Source: Fimicolochytrium jonesii
Taxonomy: Eukaryota
Assembly: GCF_025526975.1 (NCBI RefSeq)
Contig: NW_026515669.1
Location: 806,001-870,000, forward strand
DNA length: 64,000 nt
Reading direction: 5' to 3'
Under the pieces are notes generated by a model. That model was not told the DNA's origin, did not search any database, and saw only the letters and a list, made by a program, of their open reading frames with translations. Shown here piece after piece: positions 36,789 through 49,955 of this stretch (position 1 is the stretch's first letter; each line of letters starts with the position of its first letter). A program made the position numbers and the translations under genes.

Positions 36789-39700
36789 ATGTTGAGAAGC
36801 GCATTTCTGGCCTTTGCTTTCTGCATTTTGTCCTCGCCCAACGCGCTGTCTAGAAATGCCACACCTCGAATAGTCCGTAGTAGTGGAAATTCACCATTTG
36901 CACCGTCGACTACCGATGAAGCCCTCAGCGAATCAGATCAGCGAAACGAACTTCTGCGAACCCCAGAGCCATCCGTCCCACTGAACACGCTTCATCAAAG
37001 ACAATCGTCTTTACCGACTCTTGTCTTTTCTTTCGTCGTGCCGAGTCTGGATCAAACCTTCGCCCCTCTCAAAGACCTTTTTCGCGTGGTCGTGGACGAT
37101 CTGCAGGCGCAGGGAGTTCTGTCTGGGGCGAATATTCTTGTACAGCCGAACACTACGGGACAATCACGGACAGCTGTTGTGGGATCCATCGTGAATGTTG
37201 CTACAGTGGACCCGTCATTAGGGGTAATAGGTGCGAATCAAGACAGGGCCGTGCCCACTTTGGCAATGGATCAATGTTCGAGTCGCTCACTTTGACATAT
37301 TGGCTATGCACTTGGCTATGCAATCGCAGATTTGTCACCATATCCGCTTGATGCGGCTTCATTAGCAAGTCTTTTCGCATTTCCCTTATGCGAACCGCGA
37401 GGTGAGATTGGACTTACCACTCAGCGTTCATGAACAGTGACCTAAGAGAATCGGATTCAGCGGACTTTCAAGAACTTTCTGATGCGGATACCTACACGAC
37501 ACTGTTCCGCACGACAACAGACGACTCTCTGCGCGATGCTCCGGTGTTGGACTTCGTAGCTGACCAAGGGTGGCCGCAAATCACAAATCTATACACAAGT
37601 AGTTCGAGAACAGTGAATGGGCATAAACACGTAACAAATCGTCTAACAGCTGCGTCCGATATCAGGTTTTGTGAACAGACGAATGAATGTTTCCGAGTCT
37701 GCTTCAAGCATCCCCGGTTCGACAGTCATCCTTAAGCGTACGACGAACGCCTCAGCACCGCCAGATTACAGTGATGCTCTAAAAAGGATTCGGAATCTGA
37801 ACACAGGAATCCTCGATTGCGATGTCGACGGTTCAACGCTGCTGGCCTTTCTACAGCAAGCTAGGTACGCACTTAGCTTTCCGTAGTTTATCGCACAGTG
37901 CACCATAACCGCTTACTCACCGCCGGGACACAGATCTCAAAAGATGTTGGGCCCCAACTTCCTCTACATTATTCAGAGGGAAAGTTATTCGTTCATGCGT
38001 CGGCAAATCGCGGCTACAGACCTTGACTTAATCGAAGGGGCTATCATTGTCTCGGAGCCTGTTGGAAAAGGACCCGCGTACAGCTCCCTTATGGCACGTT
38101 GGAATACCAGCATCTTCCGGACCAAGTGAGCTGTGTACCTACTTGATGTTTTCACGGGTTTATTTTGCTCAATGTTCTCTCATATGTCTTTTAAGGTATC
38201 CTCTGCTACGAAATATCGCAACGCCGTCTGCTACATACCTGTACTCTGCTTCATGCCTCGATTTGATGTTAAGAGGTTATGATAGGGTACGTGCAATGTG
38301 GATCAAACCTTTGTTTCTTTCGTTGACATTGACCCGTGAAACACCTGCCCTGTAGGTGTTGCGGTCGAACTCATCATGGAGTTTGTCGACTCTAAGCGCC
38401 GGAGCTCGCGGGCTCCCATCTGGATCCTTGACCTATCCCGACTCCTTCTCGTTTCCAACGGTAGATACGGTGACCGGTAAAATTCTCTTCCACGGGAACA
38501 GTAGAATTGGGTATGAAGTGTGTCCACCGTTTGTGCTAGATTCCTGGTTCATGGAACGACTATTCTGATGATTGAACCCCTACTTTACAGGTTCTATGTA
38601 TTTAGCTACGTGCTTGCGGGAAATCTCGTAGACTTCGCGACTTTGGAAAGTGGCAAGTCACTGAATTACACAGCTCCAATTATGTGGCGCGATGGGGCTG
38701 CAAAACCTTCAGGCTACATCACGACGTTCGAAGGTACGGGATCAATGAGATTCTTTGCTCCGGCAGTTTCATAACGACCCCTTTTCTTTCCGAAATCAGC
38801 CACCGACAGTTTTTGGATCAAAAGCATCCTGATACCAATATTGGTGGCGATTTGCGTTTTTATTCTGCTTGCGGGGCTATGGGTTGTGAGGCATCGGCAT
38901 TTGAAAAAAAAGCGAGAGGCCCAGCCCTCAAAATTGGGTCAAAATGTAAGTGAGAGAACGGTGATTTACCGGTATCGGCGGGTCTAGCTAATCCTGTTTC
39001 TGCAGTTCCAAACGGTGGACATCAAAAGTCCGGCGCAGAAAGCGATTGAAATTTTGCAAGAGTTTCAGACGGACGGCAGAAAACGGAAACTGTCTGGCGC
39101 CGAGGTTGATTTCATCATAGAAGTATTGGGTTCGGGTGCAGCCTTCAACCCCAACATTGACCAGCTGGAGGATGTGGAAGGCGCGAGAGTGGACCATGAA
39201 ACTCGGGCATGGGTGCTGGATTTGCTGGCAGCAACGCCTGGCCAACAACCGCCGCAACCGACACTGGCGGGAGGGCCAGGTTCCAATCGCGGTGGATCCT
39301 CAACGGCATCCGACACTCACGTCGCTGGTGTACTCGACACTCGGCGAAACAGTCAGAAAAATAAGAAAGTTAGCATAGCCTACACCTCGCGAAGAAGTGT
39401 TAACGATCCCAACAAGCAGCCCAATTCCATTGTGAGCACCCGAGAGGATATGCAGCAGGGCTCGGGATCTCTATCGATACACTCTAGGCACCATAGAAGT
39501 GGATCTCCGACCGCTGCGGATGGGTCAAGAAGCTTTCCTCGAGCCGGCACACCCGGTGCACCTGAAGATGAAGGATTCCACACATCATCAAAAACATCTC
39601 ACAACGGGGTGATCCCCATGCTTCCAACCATCTCGTCAATGGAGGTTGTGAAGATCGAAGAGTACTTGAATCTCTGGTACAGATCATGGAACTTCGACAT

Positions 39701-41305
39701 GGTGAGCAATCCGTCAGCTGCCTAATCGTTCCTCGCAGTTTCTTACTCATTGCCAACCACAGTTCAACTTCGCAGAGCTCACAAACGGGCACCCATTACT
39801 ATACTCCGGTGTGCATCTTTTGGAAAACAATGAGGCTTTGCAGTGCCTCCAGCTGAATCCACAGACGTTCAGACACTGGCTGCTGGTAAACTCTTATTCT
39901 GCCCTATGGCTGTAAGCATCAAGATGGATTTACTGAGATCCCTTGTCTCGCCCCAGCTGATGGAGTCACAATATCATTCACATCCATATCACAACGCGGC
40001 ACATGCAGCGGACGTCCTGCATGCTATCAATCAACTGCTGCTAGATGATCAACTGAAGACCCAATATACCCCGATTGAAGCTTTTGCCCTAATGTTGGGG
40101 GCCATTGGACACGACATAGATCACCCGGGATACAATAATGCTTTTCTCGTCAAAAGTCGACATCCTTGGGCTATACTATACTGGTATGGAATGGTGGTTC
40201 ATTTGGAACGCCTCAGTTGCGTCTCTGACCGATGTTTCCTTTTGCAGCGATACAAGTGTTCTAGAGCTACATCATTGCGCGCACCTTTTCACCATGACTC
40301 TCGGCTCCCAGTGTGACATTTTCGCCGAGTTCTGTGCGGAAGAATACGATGAGATTCGAAAACTTGTCATCAAACTGATCTTGGCAACTGACATGGGAAA
40401 GGTATCATACTCGTCCCCAAAACCGTCGAGATGTAGGATTCCTAACCCGCATGTCCACCAACCAGCATTTTGAGTATATCAACAAGTTCAAGTCGAGGAT
40501 ATCAACCGGAACACTGACGTTCGGCATGGAACTCAATCCGGATAACAAGGTTGCGGTGGCAGAAATCGCCATGAAATGCTCGGACTTATGCAACCCTACG
40601 AAAATATTCCCACTCTCTAAAAAGTGGACCGACGCTGTCATGGAAGAGTTTTATCTCCAGGGTGACCGCGAACGGGAGCTGGGGTTGCCGGTCTCGCAGT
40701 TCATGGACCGCAACAATACCAACGTTCCCAAATGCCAGGTGCGGAACATCAGTCGCGAGTTCTGTCATCTTTCGATAGCCACTAACGAGTCTGTCTCCTG
40801 TTCGTAGATTGGTTTCATAGATTTCCTGGTTGCACCGCTGTTCGACAGCTGGAACACTTTCCGCAATCACGACGATAAGACGACAAGGCTTATCGTGGAG
40901 CTCGGGAAGAACCGTGGATCATGGGCAGCATTGGCAGCCCATCATACACCTCAGAGCTCTGTATTTGGGCAGTCGCAGTCGCGATTCACGGCAAGTCGTC
41001 AGCAGCTTCCTAGCACTCCGAGCATACCAAATCCTCCTAGTATGCAGGGGAGCGGAAGCATCAATCAGGCAGACCTGCCGCCACAGAGGTCGAACATCTT
41101 GGGATTAGGATCGAAACGCAACAGTGTGGTGGTTGATATCCCAACTGGCATACCGTCCATGTCGCGAGCCGGATCGCAATTTGCATCTTTGGCTCGGCGG
41201 ATGTCGTCGTTCGAACTCTTGACCTCACGGTCGGAAGGCATAAAGGACAACGGACCCTTGCTGATAGAGCCCACTGACGTGAAAGTTGGCGGCGATGCCG
41301 TTTGA
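36789..41305 (+). CDS. Single-pass receptor-type 3',5'-cyclic nucleotide phosphodiesterase: signal peptide, ANF-receptor/Venus-flytrap ectodomain, TM helix, PDE8-like linker, class I PDE domain
   Basis: Signal MLRSAFLAFAFCILSSPNALS; VFT hallmark ELSDADTYTTLFRT...VLDFVADQGWPQITNLY; TM ILIPILVAICVFILLAGLWVV followed by RHRHLKKKR; linker DIKSPAQKAIEIL; PDE motifs YHNAAHAADV, HDIDHPG, VLELHH, ILATDM, KCSDL, EEFYLQGDRE and Q|IGFIDFLV. Confidence 0.85.
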
Positions 41306-41974
41306 TTGGCATCTCCCAAGTCCATTTTTGGAGGTTACCTTGCATTTACACTCGCCTTTCAGATGCTCTTGTAAATATGTGGCTATCATAAATATGTATA
41401 TTGCGCTCAGACGAGGAAAAAACGAAACGAGAAGCAAGCAATTCTGGAGGGTGTCTGAGAAATGGCGTTCGGCTATCCCGGCGGTCACTCGTCGCGACAT
41501 ATCGCCCTGGGAACGTAATTTCCCGCAACACCCTTAATTCTAAGGGCGAATAAGCTTTGCCAACGGTGCGAAGGGAGTACTGTGTCCAGGTCTTTTGTAG
41601 GCTATTGTGGCCTTCTAGAAAACGCAAACCTGTCAAAATCGAGGTGGAGCTATGATCCATGAGCATGCGCGCTTAGGTAAACCGTCTGTATAAACTCCGC
41701 CAGCTAAGGTTTGTGATAAGACCCTCTATTTACTCGCATGGCGTCAAAATCAGAACAATAACAACTGTGCTTCACGCCGAAGGCAGAAAAGTCAGACCAA
41801 CGACGGTCTGCTTTCCTATATATAGTTAGCCCTCAGAAAAAGCCGGCCAGCAGAACCTTTGATCTGAGCCGTCCGGAAGCGCAGTTTGAAGTGGGTGTTG
41901 CAGCGGCATCGGGAAAACCATATCGTTAGCAATTCGAAAAGATTTGAAGAGCTTCATAAGGGATTCGAAGCGAG

Positions 41975-44330
41975 ATGGACAGCATCAGTAAATCCTTCAG
42001 TCGCCGATTCGGGACCAAGTCGATGGCGGAGACCGAGGGTCTCGGAAAGGTCAAGAAGCCATCGCTTCTGCCCCCACGCAACGGCGACACCTTATGGGAG
42101 AGGGCCACCAAATTCTACCTCATCCCAGAGGGAGATTTTATGCGTGTCTGGGAAGAGGTCATGGTGTTCGTTGCCATTGTCAATGCCATTCTGGTGTCCT
42201 TTATGGCCGCCTTTCAGTACCATTCGACTGCGGCTTGGGTCGTCAGCTATATCATCGACATCTTATTTGTTGCGGACATGTACATCAAGTTTCACATAGC
42301 TTACTTGGTGGGAGGTTTTTGGGTCGTCTTCCCGGCGGAAATGGCCTTGCACTACCTTCGGTCTTGGGAGTTCATCTTTGACGTGCTTATCAATTTCCCG
42401 GTCGATATCGTCGCATTTGCATACGTTGGCAAAAGCTACGGACAGACGAAGCTATCCTTGGTTCGTCTTTGGAAGTATCTGCGTACGGGTCGTATCATCA
42501 TTTACTTCAGACGACAAGAGAGCAAGTTGCACGCAAGTTTCAGAACGCAAGTCGTGAAGTTCATCAGCTATCTCGTCGTCCTGACACACACCGTCGCCTG
42601 CATTTGGTTCACAATCGCGTGTTCGGGAGAAATTGATTGGCCGATGGATTTGACAACTTCCTGCAGTGTCGAGTCTTGGATGTTGAAATCTCGCGATATT
42701 GATTTTGTGGACTTGGGTTTGGGCGAGGTGTATATCGCATGTATATACTGGGCTGGTAAGTCCGGTTTGGCTTCCAAAACTCCGAAGAAATTGCCGCACT
42801 CTTACGCTCCTTGTTGAACAGTCATCACCATGACTACGGTCGGATTCGGGGATGTTCGCGCGAACAATGCCTCCGAACGAGTATTTGCAATGTTCACCGC
42901 CTTCTGCGGCATCATGTTCTACGGATACATCAACGGCACAATCACTTCCACTCTGTCCAACATGGATTCACGTAGGGTGGCCTACCAGCAGCGCCTCGAT
43001 GCCGTCAAGCAGTACATGACGGACCGCGATATGGACCCGGACATGAAGGAGCGTGTGTTGATCTACTACGACTATGTTTGGGAGAGGAACAGGGGTATCG
43101 ATGTTCGAGGACTATTTGTGGACATGCCCTCAACGTTCAAGCAGGAAGTAGCCTTGAGCTTGAATAACCAGATCATTGATAATGTATGTGTCTGATTCGT
43201 TTTTTTCGTCCGTCACTGTCGGTACTGATGAGAATCCCCCCAGGCCATCATTTTCAAAGAATGTTCCATCGGATTCCGTCGCATGATTGCAATTGACATG
43301 AAGCTCTTCCTCTTCACCGCAAACGAATACGTGGTTCATCGCGGAGATCTCGGATTGGAAATGTTCTTCATCACTCAGGGACGTATTGACATCTATGCGA
43401 CCGAGGACCTGCGAAGGCCGACTGCGTCCTTAATTGAGGGTGCCTACTTTGGTAAGCTGAGGACGCATCTCATGAGGAAACTCAAACTCTGTGTTCTGAT
43501 ATCCTTGGACCCATTGTCAACAGGTGAATTCTGTGTTGTCTTGGGAAGTCGCCATGAGTACTCCGCTCGAGCGGTTTGCAACACGGATATTTACGTCTTC
43601 AGCAAAGATGATCTTGAGCACGCCTTCCAGGCATATCCCGAAGACCGTGAAGTTGTCGTTGCAGCAACCAAGAAACGCTACCAGGCGCATCTACAGGCCA
43701 AGCGGTCGCGAGGAGGTGCTGGCGCTACTAATCGCGGTATGATTTTGGACGAGCTGGAGGATCTCGAACAAGAATTTGGAGTGAAAGGGAGCGTCATGAA
43801 GACCGATACGCCCGTTCGTCTTGCTGGCGACAAGGCTCCCAGTTTGCGGGACCTCAGCCAAGCGCCTATAGGTTCGCGACCTCTTGATGAGGCGGACTTG
43901 GAGGGCGCGGTGATTCCGCTGGAAGATGATAACAAAAGAAAGGAGACCAAAATAAAGCCTGCCAATTCGGGAGCTGGATATGCGCTTATGGACAAAACTA
44001 TGGCGAAAGCTTTGAGCCAGAGCAGCTTGAGTCCTGCGCGTAAGGCTATGGCCCGTAGCACGGTATGGAAATCGAGCTTGCGGCACATTTGTGGAGTTCA
44101 ACGGTCTCTCACCTGTTTGTTGCCAACACATTTAGGCGAGTATCGTCGATATCGGCAAGAGCCGGCAAGAGCGAAAAGAAAGCACCGATTCCCGATCGGA
44201 GTCTTCTGCAGCTGGGGTGCGCTCCGGTTCGAGCAGGAATCAGTTAAGCGGCGCACCTCAGCGTGAGAGCGAGTCTCCTGCGCCGGACCACAATCCAACG
44301 GGGGCGCCCGATGGACCTGGAAATATGTGA
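41975..44330 (+). CDS. 6TM cyclic-nucleotide-binding-domain K+ channel (CNG/HCN/EAG superfamily)
   Basis: S1-S6 segments; S4 LVRLWKYLRTGRI; pore YWA|VITMTTVGFGD; C-linker KQYM..RV..YYDYVW; CNBD VVHRGDLGLEMFFITQGRI..EGAYF|GEFC. Confidence 0.92.
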
Positions 44331-44842
44331 GCGGGTGTTTGGGATGGGTGTTTGTGGTACGTCAATCATACAAACAACTTGGTTCTCTCCGGTATTCTAA
44401 ACAAAGAATTAGCTTTTAGTTTTTCCTCGACTTTGGGTAAATCTTGGACATGTCTTGTGGACCTCAATATGATGGAGTAGCTCGTTCAATCCCATCTCGT
44501 GCTGAAGATCTTTATATACCCTCCAACAATAACCCTTTGGGATGGAGGATCCGCCACGCTTGAACCTGTCGATGGGACCATGTGTGAAAAGGACGGTGTT
44601 GACTATTGAGAAGCGAATATGTTGACCATGTTTTGAAAAGAAATAGTCAAAGAAAATTCAACTGTATACGTTTTCATTCATGAAGGAAACAAGCTTTACG
44701 TACTAAACGACTGAACATCACAATGTGGTATTGACAAAAGGTCTGACGTTTACGCCAACATTATCCTGCGCGGCTCCAGTCTACGCCAGTAGCAATAATG
44801 CGCGAGGAAGCAAGCCAGCAGAATCGGTCTTCGTCTCCCTTC

Positions 44843-45356
44843 TTAACCGAGTCCGACGCAAGTGAGGCAGCGTGCGGTCTCCCGTTCCTTCCGCTGGCGC
44901 TGACTGAATTTGTTGTAGGGTAGAACTTCGTCGCATTCCGTGCACTGTAACACTCTCATGCTTGTGTCGTTTCCGGCATAATAGTTTGTCTGTGGGATGA
45001 TACATTAAGTCAGTCGGTGCTGTCCAACCCAACGAGGAGAAAATACTGACTCAGCTTACCTGGCCGACGGTGCAGCCTTTGCTGGTGACTGGAAATCAAT
45101 TCGACACCGTTAGTTGCTGTCTCTTCCTCATAAATCTCGCTGCACATATCAAGAACTATACTTTTGTAGGTTTTGTCCTTGCCATAAAGACGGACCTCCA
45201 AATCCTGAAACGCGCTCCGAGGTTGCTCGCTGAAAAGGGACGATCGGAGAGATATCAGCGACTGTTTCGCTAACTGCTACGTGAACAAGAGAATAATGAA
45301 GGAACTTACCTGTGGCACGTCGTGCACCTGATGTGATCGAGATGGTGGGTACTCAT
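44843..45356 (-). CDS. Stc1-domain tandem zinc-finger protein, 96 aa; exons 45310-45356, 45162-45229, 45060-45088, 44843-44989
   Basis: Three GT-AG introns (80, 73 and 70 nt) with branch points give MSTHHLDHIRCTTCHSEQPRSAF...ITSKGC...LQCTECDEVLPYNKFSQRQRKERETARCLTCVGLG. Confidence 0.7.
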
Positions 45357-45855
45357 GGTGTGCGACTGGTCGTTGCAACGTGGGGTTGAAGTATCAATTT
45401 CTGTTGTGAGCTGTCGAACGAAGATGCCGAGACAGATTCGTAAGTTGATTCGGCCTCGCTCGACTCTAAAACGTCGGTCTCCCTGCCCACTTTGAACCAG
45501 CTTGATGCTTACTGCGTTGTGGGGTGGTGCTCACCTTTTTTGAATAAACGATAGGGCAAGAACCAGCAACGAGGCATGTGGTCCCGAGGCAACGGGGGAG
45601 GATTCAAAGCTGTCAGTTGGACTGCAATTCGACAGCCTGGAAAGGGACGCGTTCAAATTTAGGTAATCCTGGAACAATCGCTTGAAATGCAGACAGAAAC
45701 CCCAGTCATCGCCACAGGCACTTCGAAAATACAGGAATTATGATTGTTTTTCAGACAGATGAGGCAAATAATGTCGACAGCGACGTGGTCTATGATAGTA
45801 ATCGGGGATGCAGGTCTTTGCTTGTTCCGCCGCGGAGCTGTCTTTCACTTCGTGC

Positions 45856-45909
45856 GAAGTGAAACTGTCCGTACTGTCCATGAAGTGAAACTGTCCGTAC
45901 TGTCCATGA
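45856..45909. repeat. 26-bp tandem duplication GAAGTGAAACTGTCCGTACTGTCCAT x2, overlapping an inverted repeat at 45843-45864, in the GFA1 3' flank
   Basis: Read directly from the sequence. Confidence 0.9.
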
Positions 45910-45960
45910 GCTTCAGAAACTAAATGAGCCCATACTTCCTAAACAGTTCAATGGCAAAAC

Positions 45961-48403
<2,443 letters not shown>

Positions 48404-49955
48404 GATGACAGAAGGGTCTTCAGATGCGAGGTTGGGAGTGAACCGGTGTGGCGGAGGCTACTGAAATGAGGAAGACTGCTGACGCGGGAAAATGGAGCTG
48501 ATGGGATGTGAGCGGCTAGGATTCCGTTGTTTGCAGAAAGCTGCTCAGCAGCCAGCGAGCGCATCGACCCGCAGCAGGCAAGATAGGGATGTGGCGCATC
48601 CGCACTCCTATTGAGCGCGTTTCCCCTGTGCGCGCTTACGGCATCGTCAGAAGCGCGCGGCTTTGCCCAAATGCCCCGTGTCTCAGTTTGGCCAGACTTA
48701 CCGTGCGCAAGAGAATCTGATTCAATGCACGGGTGGAACTGATAGTTGGCTGGTAGGATGGACTGCGGAAAGAACTGGCGCCGTTCAGATTGCGCTTTTG
48801 ATTGGAAGGGAAGAACGACGTGATGCTGGAGATGAAGGAGAGCAGACCCATCCTCGTCCTGGCTTTTATGTTCCATAGGTGGGCAACTTCTCAGTATGTT
48901 TACACTCAGCGTCAGGCCAGAGGCAAGCAGGGCAGCTCTCCTGTGGGCCATCACTGCAAGGACGCCCGTGCATCTTTGCGACAGCGCCCCACCTTGCCAC
49001 CGTGGAGTCCTACTGTACAACTGCTGGTGCAGGCGTTGTGGGGTAGCCGCACCGTGGAACACTTCTCACAAGAAGATAAGGTGGGATGGCCGTTCGCCGA
49101 AAACAATAAACCGAGAAAATTTCTGGCCTCCTGCGAGGGGAGCCTCCGTCGATCATCAAGTAGGGCTGTGCCCTGCTGCGCGGCCGCAATTCCGCCATCG
49201 CCCCCTCGTTGTTTAAGTCTGATGAGGCATGCCAGGAATTTGATGAAGGTCTTCCATGCTCCAGATTCAAACTCTGAGACTCGGCACAGCCTTTGCGCTC
49301 CGATCCACGGCGACATGGGGAGGGAGAACTGGTTGTGGACGGTATGCGGCGCGTTGTGGCCGTAAGATTACAAACTCCGTTCAGAAAAAAGTCAAAGTTT
49401 CTGGGCCTCATCGTTGACAGCACCGTCATCAGAAAGCCATCTGCCAGTTGGGAGGTACGGAACGCCGCCCGGGGTGTTCTGAGGGCTTGAATCTGCACAT
49501 GGCCGGACGGAGGACTTCTCACCGCAGGATGCTCTCTAGATCTATAGTACATATGAAGTAGAATCTAGCCCGTCCGAAGCGACCTACGAAAGGCGACTCC
49601 CATTCCACTGTTCTTCATCGCAATGGGCATGCGCATGCACTCATTGTCTGCTTCAGATGCAGTTGGCCTGAATTTCGTTGGGCATTGGCCGCCGGGTTCC
49701 CCCAATGCGGGTGGTGGTTACGCGTCAAGCGCAACAGCGCGTCGGTTGTGAAGACCAATAATAAAGTAACGGATATCCCCCAATAACGGAGTAACGGAGA
49801 GTCTTTCACAACAGGCCGAAAAGCAGCAATCTTCCCCCGTACTTACATACACTCCACCGTGTCCCGGGAAGGCACTGACTTCCCTCGCGAGTCACATCGA
49901 ACGTTGGCGCTCCCCACCATCACAGCCACTGAGAAGCGGACATAAAGAATGCTTC

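Noticed and set aside
48770..48870. glmS-ribozyme-like words upstream of GFA1 (minus strand GACGAGGATGG and GGCGCCAGTTCT)
   Set aside because: The two words are in the wrong order relative to the ribozyme consensus, no supporting helices are visible, and the ribozyme is known from bacteria. An Rfam glmS covariance-model search would settle it.
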